Positions 38,456 through 46,751 of a stretch of 64,000 bases of DNA are shown in pieces. The first letter of the stretch is position 1. Each line of letters opens with the position of its first letter. The DNA comes from Clostridia bacterium (GTDB lineage: Bacteria; Bacillota; Clostridia; UMGS1840), in contig JAGAKI010000079.1 of assembly GCA_017625695.1 (NCBI GenBank), positions 72,299-136,298 of the forward strand, read 5' to 3'. Position numbers and translations under genes: made by a program. The notes below the pieces were generated by a model. The model made no database searches, had not been told where the DNA came from, and saw only the letters and a program-made list of their open reading frames with translations.

Positions 38456-39272
38456 GATGGAAAAAACCAGGAAAAATCTTGGCAGACTGATTGCAGCACC
38501 TCATATCCTCTGGTCAGTTCTGTTTATTTTGGCACCTCTCATTTTTGTGGTGTATTATACCTTTACCGATGCCTATGGCACCTTCACCTGGGAAAATATT
38601 TTCGCCTTGAAGGAACATGCCAACACCTTTTTAATTTCGGTGAGTCTGTCGGTCATTGCTACCTTTATTTGCTTTTTGGTGGGATATCCTCTGGCGTATC
38701 TGATTGCCGGATATAAGGAAAAATCTCAGAAAATTATGATTACCCTGTTGATGCTTCCCATGTGGACCAATCTGTTAATCCGTACCTACTCCATGATGGC
38801 AATTATGGACGACGGCGGATTTTTAAACTCCATTTTAGGGGCATTGAATCTTGGCAAAGTGCATCTCATCGGTACCAAGGGTGCCGTCATTTTCGGGATG
38901 GTATACGATTTTCTGCCCTATATGGTGCTTCCCATCTATACCATCATTTCCAAGCTGGATAAAAACCTGCTGGAAGCCGCAAGAGACCTTGGCTGTAACC
39001 CCTTCCAGGTTCTTTGGAAAGTGGTGCTTCCCCTTTCCTCCGGCGGTATCATTTCCGGCATCACCATGGTGTTCGTTCCCTCCATTTCCACCTTCTACAT
39101 TTCTCAGAAGTTGGGCGGCGGTACCTTTGAACTCATCGGTGACACCATCGAACGCCAATTCCAAAACGTATCCACCTACAACGTAGGTGCCGCAATATCG
39201 TTAGTTATGATGATTTTAGTTTTGGTTTCGCTTGCAGTGATGAACCGCTTCACAAAGGAAGAGGCGTCGTAA
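38448..39272 (+). CDS. potB: spermidine/putrescine ABC transporter permease
   Basis: 6 TM, EAARDLG loop. Start is GTG at 38448 or ATG at 38457. Confidence 0.9.
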   Translation: MTKMEKTRKNLGRLIAAPHILWSVLFILAPLIFVVYYTFTDAYGTFTWENIFALKEHANTFLISVSLSVIATFICFLVGYPLAYLIAGYKEKSQKIMITLLMLPMWTNLLIRTYSMMAIMDDGGFLNSILGALNLGKVHLIGTKGAVIFGMVYDFLPYMVLPIYTIISKLDKNLLEAARDLGCNPFQVLWKVVLPLSSGGIISGITMVFVPSISTFYISQKLGGGTFELIGDTIERQFQNVSTYNVGAAISLVMMILVLVSLAVMNRFTKEEAS

Positions 39273-39428
39273 ACAAGCGCCTTTCCGTCTTTACGTTCCC
39301 TTGCGTACACTCAGTACGCGGCGTTCTCTGAAAGAGCGGAAATGCATCTTGTTTTCATCCGCCTCATTGATATGGAAGAGGCGTCATAACAGCCATCGGC
39401 TGTTTTTCATCCGCCTCATTGGTATCTT

Positions 39429-39455
39429 GTAGGGGACGATGCCCACATCGTCCCG
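39429..39455. repeat. REP-like palindromic hairpin inside the pot operon
   Basis: GTAGGGGACGATGCCCACATCGTCCCG. Confidence 0.85.
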
Positions 39456-39518
39456 TGTAACCGGTCACCAACAAACGGGAGGAGAACATTCCTCCCCTAC
39501 ACAGAAAGGTAAAAAAAT

Positions 39519-40325
39519 ATGAAAGCTTTGTCCCGAATCTATACCGCTTTGATTTTCATCATTTTATACATCCCCATTGTGGTGCTGATGCTGTTTTCCT
39601 TTAACTCTACAGCCAACACCGGTGATCTGACGGGGCTTTCTTTGTATTGGTACCGTGAGCTGTTTTCCTCTCCCGATACCTTCAACGCCTTAAAAAATAC
39701 CCTGGTGCTGGCAGTCAGTGCATCAGTAATTTCCACTGTCATCGGAACTGCGGCAGCGGTGGGACTTTGTAAATTCAAAAAAAACTTCTTTAAAAATTCG
39801 GTCCTTTCTGTCACCAATATTCCCATGATGAATCCCGATATCGTAACCGGGATTTCCATGATGCTTCTGTTTGTGTTTTTAGGAACCTTATTGGGCAGAG
39901 ATGAAAAGCTGGGATTCACAACCCTTCTGATTGCCCATGTTACCTTCTGTCTGCCCTATGTAATTTTATCAGTACGTCCCAAAATCTTAACCATGCCCCG
40001 TTCCTTACCCGAAGCGGCACAGGATTTGGGTTGTACCCCTCTGCAGTCCTTCTTTAAAGTGGAACTGCCTCAGATTTTACCCGGTGTGATTTCCGGATTT
40101 ATTCTGGCATTTACCTTGTCGTTGGATGATTTTGTCATTAGTTACTTCACCACGGGAAACGATTTTCAGACCTTACCGTTACTCATTTATTCCATGACCA
40201 AAAAAGAGGTGAAACCGGACATCTACGCCCTTTCCACCTTAATGATTTTAACAGTTACGGTGCTGTTGATACTCTCTAACGTATCGTCCAAAGAAAAAAG
40301 CACAGAAAGAAGGTTGACACTGTAA
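39519..40325 (+). CDS. potC: spermidine/putrescine ABC transporter permease
   Basis: 6 TM, EAAQDLG loop. Confidence 0.9.
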   Translation: MKALSRIYTALIFIILYIPIVVLMLFSFNSTANTGDLTGLSLYWYRELFSSPDTFNALKNTLVLAVSASVISTVIGTAAAVGLCKFKKNFFKNSVLSVTNIPMMNPDIVTGISMMLLFVFLGTLLGRDEKLGFTTLLIAHVTFCLPYVILSVRPKILTMPRSLPEAAQDLGCTPLQSFFKVELPQILPGVISGFILAFTLSLDDFVISYFTTGNDFQTLPLLIYSMTKKEVKPDIYALSTLMILTVTVLLILSNVSSKEKSTERRLTL

Positions 40326-41530
40326 TGAAAAAAGTTCTTTTGTTATGGGTGGTATCGGTTTTTCTGGCGGTTTCTCTTTCCGGATGCGGCGGGCAGTCTG
40401 AAAAACTCACCTTAAATGTATATAACTGGGGAGAATATATTTCCGATGGCAGTGAAGATTCTCTGGATGTGAATGAAGAATTTGAAAACTACTGCCGTGA
40501 TGAGCTGGGGATGGAGGTTTCGGTCAACTATACCACCTACGCCAGCAACGAGGATATGTATAACAAACTAAAAAGCGGTTCCGCTACCTACGATGTTGTG
40601 ATTCCCTCGGAATATATGATTGAAAAAATGATAGCAGAGGATATGCTCTCTCCCCTTGATTTTTCCAATATCCCCAACTATCAGTATATTGACGACAATT
40701 TTAAAAACCTGTTTTTCGACCCGGACAATACCTATTCGGTGCCCTACACCTACGGAATGGTGGGTATTATCTACAACAGCGAAATGGTTGCAGAAGAAGA
40801 CTTGGGAAGCTGGGATTTACTCTGGAACGAAACCTACAAAGGGCAGATTCTGCAGTTCAACAACCCCCGTGATGCCTTTGGAACTGCTATCTACTGGGCA
40901 AAAGACAGCGTAAACTCCACCGACCCTGCGGTATGGCAGTCTGCAGTGGAAAAGTTAAAAGCACAGAAGCCCCTCATCCAAAGCTATGTTATGGACGAAA
41001 TTTTCAATAAAATGAAAAATGGCTCTGCTGCCATTGCTCCTTACTATGCAGGCGATTATCTCACCATGTATGATTCCAACGATTTATTAGGCTTCTACTA
41101 TCCCGAAGAGGGGACAAACGTGTTTGTAGATGCGATGTGCGTCCCCGCCTGTGCCAAAAATCAGGAGTTGGCAGAACTCTATATCAACTTTATGCTGGAA
41201 AAAGAAATTGCTATCGCCAATGCAGAATACATCGGCTATGCATCTCCCCATACCTTAGTCCGTGAAGATGAGGACTACATCGCCTATATGCAAGACTGGC
41301 ACGATGATGCAATGGAAATTCTCTACGCCCAAGACTCGGCAGTCAAAACCGAATATTACGAAAGTTTAGATACCGATACACTGTCATTGCAAAACAGTCT
41401 GTGGGAAACCTTAAAAATTGAAAATGCGGTGGAACCCTGGATTTATATGACTGCGGGAACCATTGTAGGAGCATTGATTTTATTCTTCCTATATAGCTAT
41501 TTTGTAAAAAGATACCGCAATCATTATTAA
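40325..41530 (+). CDS. potD: spermidine/putrescine-binding lipoprotein
   Basis: Lipobox LSGCGG and a PotD/PotF-type SBP body. An extra C-terminal hydrophobic helix (TAGTIVGALILFFLYSYF) is present. Confidence 0.85.
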   Translation: MKKVLLLWVVSVFLAVSLSGCGGQSEKLTLNVYNWGEYISDGSEDSLDVNEEFENYCRDELGMEVSVNYTTYASNEDMYNKLKSGSATYDVVIPSEYMIEKMIAEDMLSPLDFSNIPNYQYIDDNFKNLFFDPDNTYSVPYTYGMVGIIYNSEMVAEEDLGSWDLLWNETYKGQILQFNNPRDAFGTAIYWAKDSVNSTDPAVWQSAVEKLKAQKPLIQSYVMDEIFNKMKNGSAAIAPYYAGDYLTMYDSNDLLGFYYPEEGTNVFVDAMCVPACAKNQELAELYINFMLEKEIAIANAEYIGYASPHTLVREDEDYIAYMQDWHDDAMEILYAQDSAVKTEYYESLDTDTLSLQNSLWETLKIENAVEPWIYMTAGTIVGALILFFLYSYFVKRYRNHY

Positions 41531-41555
41531 AACAGAGTCACTGTTGTGTGAAAGG

Positions 41556-41603
41556 AAAAAGACGAAATTCAAATTTTTTACTTTTGAATTTCGTCTTTTT
41601 TTT
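41556..41603. terminator. bidirectional terminator module (family copy 1)
   Basis: A5-GACGAAATTCAAA-10 nt-TTTGAATTTCGTC-T8. Serves potD (+) and Cys-rich gene A (-). Confidence 0.85.
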
Positions 41604-41853
41604 ATATTTCACTTGATTTTATTTGTTCTTGTATTTCTTCTATCTTTTCTAATTTTAAAGTGTAATTCTCATTGCGGGGACACTCAATATGCACACATTC
41701 GTTACAAGGTTTTTTCCGAAAATGCTCAATACAACAACCCAAATAGTTACATTCGTCACAACAACATTCGTTCCCGTTTTCTCCGTTTCCCGGGCAGTCT
41801 TTTCCGCCATTTCCCGGAATCAGTTCAATTCCTGTAGGTCCGTCAATAATCAT
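41602..41853 (-). CDS. small cysteine-rich protein, paralog A (83 aa, 10 Cys)
   Basis: MIIDGPTGIELIPGNGGKDCPGNGENGNECCCDECNYLGCCIEHFRKKPCNECVHIECPRNENY.... GGAGG RBS 7 nt upstream. Only synonymous differences from copy C. Confidence 0.85.
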   Translation of the reverse strand: MIIDGPTGIELIPGNGGKDCPGNGENGNECCCDECNYLGCCIEHFRKKPCNECVHIECPRNENYTLKLEKIEEIQEQIKSSEI

Positions 41854-41865
41854 AGTTTTTCCTCC

Positions 41866-41899
41866 AAAAATAAAAAAGTGCGCAGCCGAAGCTACGCAC
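41866..41899 (-). terminator. leader terminator immediately upstream of the RBS of paralog A
   Basis: Minus strand GTGCGTAGC-TTCG-GCTGCGCAC followed by TTTTTTATTTTT, then GGAGG. Confidence 0.7.
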
Positions 41900-42059
41900 G
41901 AAAAATGCATAACTCCTTTGCTTGCAACAAAAATTGTTTCACACGGTATAATAAACCAAAAGTATGCGAAAACAGAGCATGCATTTTTACCTTAGTAAAA
42001 TGCACACTTATGGCGTTATTATACCACCAGTATCAATATACAATTTTTGTTGCAAAGTT

Positions 42060-42088
42060 ATTGTACCATCTTTTTAGAAAAATGTCAA
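42060..42088 (-). promoter_or_regulatory. promoter of paralog A
   Basis: Minus strand TTGACA-17 nt-TACAAT with an extended-10 TGG. Confidence 0.7.
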
Positions 42089-42094
42089 TCTTTG

Positions 42095-42244
42095 TTCATT
42101 TTTTTCTTTGATAGCAAAGAAAAAACGAACCAAAAAAAGAAACTACCGCCTGGTATTTTCGCAATCCCGGACATTCGTCTTTTGAACTGTGTATTCGATT
42201 GCGAAAATAAGGGCGGATTTTTTTCGTTTCGTCTTTCGATAACG
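42095..42244 (+). repeat. ~145-bp interspersed element, copy E3
   Basis: Same conserved CCGCCTGGTATTTTCGCAAT...ATTGCGAAAATAAGGGCGG core. Confidence 0.8.
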
Positions 42245-42423
42245 AAAATGGGTTATCTGCAACCTGACAGAGAAAACTACTATGTAATTGTTTGCAAGCG
42301 AATGATAGAACAGCCGTGCGGCGACTGAGCACTCGTGTAAAAGGGGTAAGGGGTTCGTTAAGGGGGATAGGGGGAATATCGAAAATTCCCCCTGCTCCCT
42401 TGACATAAAAAAACGAAAAAGTA

Positions 42424-42452
42424 TTGCAAAATTAGAATATTTATGATAAGAT
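42424..42452 (+). promoter_or_regulatory. promoter of paralog B
   Basis: TTGCAA-17 nt-TAAGAT with an extended-10 TGA. Confidence 0.6.
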
Positions 42453-42643
42453 AAAAGTGCTAAACAAACAGAATACTGTTCTATGGGAAAATCAGCCACA
42501 CTTACAGTTGGATATGATTCCTTATTTTTGTACACTCTAATCGTATGAATTTTGCTAAAAAACGCAGATTCCAAGCGGTTAGAGTGCTGGGTTGTTCCCT
42601 CTCTATTCTGTTTGTTTAGCGACTACGGGAGTTTGCGTTTTTT

Positions 42644-42675
42644 GTGCGTCAACGACCGTTGGCGCATTTTTTATT
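42644..42675 (+). terminator. leader terminator immediately upstream of the RBS of paralog B
   Basis: GTGCGTCAAC-GACC-GTTGGCGCAT followed by TTTTTATTT, then GAAGGAG. Confidence 0.65.
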
Positions 42676-42691
42676 TGAAGGAGAGAAATCT

Positions 42692-42943
42692 ATGATTATT
42701 GACGGACCTACAGGAATTGAACTGATTCCGGGAAATGGCGGAAAAGACTGTCCGGGCAACGGAGAAAACGGCAACGAATGTTGTTGCGACGAATGTAACT
42801 ATTTGGGTTGTTGTATTGAGCATTTCCGGAAAAAACCTTGTAACGAATGTGTGCATATTGAGTGTCCCCGCAATGAAAATTACGGATTACGACTGGAACG
42901 AATCCGTGCATTGGAAGAACAAATCAAAAACGATACGATATAA
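42692..42943 (+). CDS. small cysteine-rich protein, paralog B (83 aa)
   Basis: The first 65 aa are identical to A and C with at least 7 synonymous changes. The C-terminal 18 aa diverge (GLRLERIRALEEQIKNDTI). Confidence 0.85.
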   Translation: MIIDGPTGIELIPGNGGKDCPGNGENGNECCCDECNYLGCCIEHFRKKPCNECVHIECPRNENYGLRLERIRALEEQIKNDTI

Positions 42944-42978
42944 AAAAGAGGAAATTCATCTGAATTTCCTCTTTTTTT
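42944..42978 (+). terminator. Rho-independent terminator of paralog B
   Basis: AGAGGAAATTCA/TGAATTTCCTCT followed by T6. Confidence 0.8.
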
Positions 42979-43083
42979 CTGAAAAAACTGCAGAATACGC
43001 CGTTTATGGGAATCCATACACGGGTCAATGTGGGCATTCTCCCCTGTATTTTCCGAAAATTTCAAATTTTTTTGTAAAAACAC

Positions 43084-43112
43084 TTGACAAATGGGGTAAA
43101 ATCTGTTATCTT
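43084..43112 (+). promoter_or_regulatory. hrcA operon promoter
   Basis: TTGACA-17 nt-TATCTT with an upstream TG. Confidence 0.6.
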
Positions 43113-43119
43113 ATAGTTG

Positions 43120-43146
43120 TTAGCACTCAGACGAATAGAGTGCTAA
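43120..43146. promoter_or_regulatory. CIRCE operator (HrcA binding site)
   Basis: TTAGCACTC-N9-GAGTGCTAA, a perfect consensus. Confidence 0.95.
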
Positions 43147-43213
43147 CAACACAAAAACCCTTACAAACAAAGGATTTTCCAGATAGAATGTTATGGAAAG
43201 GAGCGGTTACCGA

Positions 43214-44254
43214 ATGGATTTGGACGGCAGAAAAATTGCCATATTAAAGGCTTTGATTGAAGACTATATTGAAACGGCAGAACCGGTTGGTTCCCGTACC
43301 ATTGCCAAAAAATGTGATATCGGATTATCTTCGGCAACCATCCGGAACGAAATGTCCGACTTAGAAGAAATGGGGTATCTGGCACAGCCTCACACCTCAG
43401 CAGGCAGAATTCCCTCCAATCTGGCATACCGGCTGTATGTGGATAATCTGATTGAAAATATCAGAGCTACCAATCTGGAAATGGAATTCATCAAACAGAA
43501 AATGGAGTCCCATCTGTCGGAATTGAACCGGTTTTTAGACTTTTCGGCAAAAGCTATTTCCGACTCCACGGGTCTGACCGCAGTCACGGGAGCACCCCGG
43601 GTAACCTCGGGTGCCATCAGCCATTTTGAAATTGTGAAGGCGTCGGAACATTATTTAATGTTTATTTTAGTAACAAATACGGGTATGATTAAGAAGCGGC
43701 AGGTCAGAATCTTAACGCCCATTGATGATAATTCCATTTTGTATCTGAAACAGATTTTAAACGAAGAGCTTGCCGGTTGTACCCTGGAAATGATTACTGC
43801 CGACAAGGTGGAACGTTTAAAACGCCGGTTCAATGATAATTTTGAACTGTTGGGCATCATTTTGGAATTTGTCACTCAGACGATGGAAGCCTCCGGCGGA
43901 ACGGAATACCACTTCAGCGGAAAATCGGAAACCTTAAAAGCTCCCGAATTTTCCAGTATGGATAAGGTGCTTGGCTTTTTGGATCTGGTGGATGACCAGG
44001 AGCAGATTACTTCACTGATGAATACGGCTTCTTCCAACAAAAACGGCATTACCGTTGTGATTGGTGACGAAAGTCCCATTTTAAAGAACAAGGACCTGAG
44101 CATGGTGGTTTCCACCTATCGAGCATACGGCGGAAAAAACGGTGCCATTGCGGTCATCGGTCCCAAACGAATGAATTACGGTAAAGTCATCACCACGTTG
44201 GAAGCCATGTCCAAACTGATGAGCGATATCTTAGAACACACAGAAGGAGAATAA
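43214..44254 (+). CDS. hrcA: heat-inducible transcription repressor HrcA
   Basis: N-terminal winged helix (RKIAILKALIEDYIETAEPVGSRT). Operon context. Confidence 0.93.
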   Translation: MDLDGRKIAILKALIEDYIETAEPVGSRTIAKKCDIGLSSATIRNEMSDLEEMGYLAQPHTSAGRIPSNLAYRLYVDNLIENIRATNLEMEFIKQKMESHLSELNRFLDFSAKAISDSTGLTAVTGAPRVTSGAISHFEIVKASEHYLMFILVTNTGMIKKRQVRILTPIDDNSILYLKQILNEELAGCTLEMITADKVERLKRRFNDNFELLGIILEFVTQTMEASGGTEYHFSGKSETLKAPEFSSMDKVLGFLDLVDDQEQITSLMNTASSNKNGITVVIGDESPILKNKDLSMVVSTYRAYGGKNGAIAVIGPKRMNYGKVITTLEAMSKLMSDILEHTEGE

Positions 44255-44255
44255 A

Positions 44256-44783
44256 ATGAAAAAAGAAAAGCAGCAACCCGAAGCGGTAGAAGAAACCGTG
44301 GAAGAAACTTTGGATGAAACAACAGAAGAAGTAACCGAAGAAGATCCTGTCAAACAACTGGAAGAGCAAATCAACAGCTTAAAGGACCAGAATCTTCGCC
44401 TGATGGCAGAATTTGAAAACTATAAAAAGCGTACCCAGAAGGAAAAAGAACAAAGCTACGAATTTGCAACTGCAGATACTGTGGGAAAACTGCTTCCCAT
44501 TTTGGATACTTTGGAATTGTCCTTAACTCAGGATGCCACCGATGGGAACGCCTTTAAAGCAGGCATTGAGCTGACCGTAAAACAGTTCCGTACCATTTTG
44601 GAAAAAGCGGGCGTTACCGAAATTCCGGCACTCCACGAACCCTTTAATCCGGAGCTTCACAATGCAGTACTCCGTCAGGAAGACGGCGACGGCGAACCCG
44701 ACACGGTAGTGGAAGTGCTTCAGAAGGGTTACACCTTACATGACAGAGTCATTCGTCACTCCATGGTAAAAGTAAAAGCATAG
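44256..44783 (+). CDS. grpE: nucleotide exchange factor GrpE
   Basis: Acidic N-terminus, coiled coil, AEFENYKKR motif. Confidence 0.94.
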   Translation: MKKEKQQPEAVEETVEETLDETTEEVTEEDPVKQLEEQINSLKDQNLRLMAEFENYKKRTQKEKEQSYEFATADTVGKLLPILDTLELSLTQDATDGNAFKAGIELTVKQFRTILEKAGVTEIPALHEPFNPELHNAVLRQEDGDGEPDTVVEVLQKGYTLHDRVIRHSMVKVKA

Positions 44784-44850
44784 CTTTATATATATATATT
44801 ATTCATTTTTTTAGTTCACAACTTGTGAGAATAGAAAGGAAGATCTTATT

Positions 44851-46689
44851 ATGGCAAAAATCATTGGTATTGACTTAGGTACTACAAACTCCTGCGTAGC
44901 AGTAATGGAAGGCGGCGAGCCGGTTGTTATTGCAAATGCAGAAGGCGCAAGAACTACCCCCTCTGTGGTAGCATTCACCAAAACCGGGGAAAGACTGGTA
45001 GGTCAGGTTGCAAAAAGACAGGCAATCACCAACCCGGAAAAAACCATCAGCTCTATCAAAAGAGATATGGGTACTAATAAAAAAGTAAACATTGACGACA
45101 AAGCATACACTCCCCAGGAAATTTCCGCTATGATTCTGCAGAAACTAAAAGCAGATGCAGAAAACTATCTGGGGGAACCCGTTTCTCAGGCAGTTATCAC
45201 CGTTCCCGCATACTTCTCTGATGCACAGCGTCAGGCAACCAAGGATGCCGGCAGAATCGCAGGTCTGGAAGTGCTTAGAATCATCAACGAGCCTACTGCA
45301 GCATCGTTAGCATATGGTCTGGATAAAGATACCGACCACAAAATTATGATTTATGACTTGGGCGGCGGTACCTTCGACGTTTCTATCTTGGAAATCGGCG
45401 ATGGCGTATTTGAAGTACTGGCGACCAACGGTAACAACCGTCTGGGCGGTGACGACTTTGACGACAGAGTAATGAACTATCTGGCAGACGAATTCCAAAA
45501 AGAAAACGGAATTGATTTACGTCAGGACAAAATGGCTCTGCAGAGATTAAAAGAAGCGGCAGAAAAAGCAAAAATCGAACTGTCCGGTATGACCACCGCA
45601 TCCATCAATCTGCCCTTTATTACCGCAGATGCAACCGGTCCCAAACATTTAGATTTGACATTAACCCGTGCAAAATTTGACCAGTTGACGGAAGATTTGG
45701 TAAAAGCCACCATGGAACCCACCAAAAAGGCAATGGCAGATGCAGGGCTTTCTCCCTCCGACATTGCAAAAGTTCTGTTGGTTGGCGGTTCTTCCAGAAT
45801 TCCTGCCGTTCAGGAAGCTGTGAAAAACTTCATCGGCAAAGAACCCTTCAAAGGCATCAACCCCGACGAATGTGTTGCAATCGGTGCAGCCATTCAGGCA
45901 GGTGTATTGGCAGGTGACGTGAAAGACTTACTGTTATTGGACGTAACTCCGCTGTCTTTGGGTATTGAAACCTTGGGCGGTGTTTGCACCAAACTGATTG
46001 AAAGAAATACCACCATCCCCACCAAGAAGAGCCAGGTATTCTCTACCGCAGCAGACGGTCAGACCGCTGTTGATATCCACATTCTGCAGGGTGAAAGAGA
46101 AATGGCAGCAGATAACAAAACTCTGGGTAACTTCCAGCTGACCGGTATTCCTGCAGCTCCCAGAGGTGTTCCTCAGATTGAAGTTACCTTTGACATTGAC
46201 GCCAACGGTATTGTTCACGTTAGTGCAAAAGACTTAGGTACCGGTGCGGAACAGAAAATCACCATTACTGCTTCCACCAACTTATCCGAAGCAGACATCG
46301 ACAAAGCGGTAAAAGAAGCAGAACAGTTTGCTCAGGAAGATAAAAAGAAAAAAGAAGCAATCGATGTGAAAAATCAGGCTGACTCTATGGTTTATCAGAC
46401 GGAAAAAACTCTTGCAGATGCAGGGGATAAACTGAGTGCAGAAGACAAATCCGGCATTCAGGCTGAAATTGATAAATTAAAAGAACTCTTAAAGGGTGAC
46501 GATACCGAAGCCATCAAAGCAGGCACAGAAGCCCTTACTCAGAAAATGTATGCAGTAGCTTCCAAGCTGTATCCTCAGGGCGACCCCAACATGGGCGGTG
46601 CTGACATGGGTACAGGAGCAGCCGGCGGTGCACAGACCGATGACGGTGCTTATGAAGCAGATTATACTGTGGTAGATGACGATAAATAA
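44851..46689 (+). CDS. dnaK: molecular chaperone DnaK
   Basis: GIDLGTTNS and DLGGGTFD. 612 aa. Confidence 0.98.
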   Translation: MAKIIGIDLGTTNSCVAVMEGGEPVVIANAEGARTTPSVVAFTKTGERLVGQVAKRQAITNPEKTISSIKRDMGTNKKVNIDDKAYTPQEISAMILQKLKADAENYLGEPVSQAVITVPAYFSDAQRQATKDAGRIAGLEVLRIINEPTAASLAYGLDKDTDHKIMIYDLGGGTFDVSILEIGDGVFEVLATNGNNRLGGDDFDDRVMNYLADEFQKENGIDLRQDKMALQRLKEAAEKAKIELSGMTTASINLPFITADATGPKHLDLTLTRAKFDQLTEDLVKATMEPTKKAMADAGLSPSDIAKVLLVGGSSRIPAVQEAVKNFIGKEPFKGINPDECVAIGAAIQAGVLAGDVKDLLLLDVTPLSLGIETLGGVCTKLIERNTTIPTKKSQVFSTAADGQTAVDIHILQGEREMAADNKTLGNFQLTGIPAAPRGVPQIEVTFDIDANGIVHVSAKDLGTGAEQKITITASTNLSEADIDKAVKEAEQFAQEDKKKKEAIDVKNQADSMVYQTEKTLADAGDKLSAEDKSGIQAEIDKLKELLKGDDTEAIKAGTEALTQKMYAVASKLYPQGDPNMGGADMGTGAAGGAQTDDGAYEADYTVVDDDK

Positions 46690-46751
46690 GAGGTATGATT
46701 TCCGGCAGGTTCTCCCTGCCGGAAATATCCATGTTAACGGAGAGATAGCGT

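Noticed and set aside
41602-41910. Long 99-102 aa versions of the Cys-rich ORFs given by the ORF track (also 42644-42943 and 49031-49339)
   Set aside because: The N-terminal extensions are not conserved between copies (FFIFGGKT, FLFLEEIS, RQRPLAHF). They run through the leader terminator hairpin, and the upstream ATG has only about 2 nt of SD spacing. The internal ATG (MIIDG) has a canonical GGAGG or GAAGGAG RBS.
42018-42026. TGGTATAAT extended -10-like sequence inside the copy-A leader
   Set aside because: It forms one strand of helix P2 (GGTATAATAA/TTATTATACC) and is replaced by GCATGAA in copy C. A better promoter (TTGACA-17-TACAAT) lies upstream at 42060-42088.
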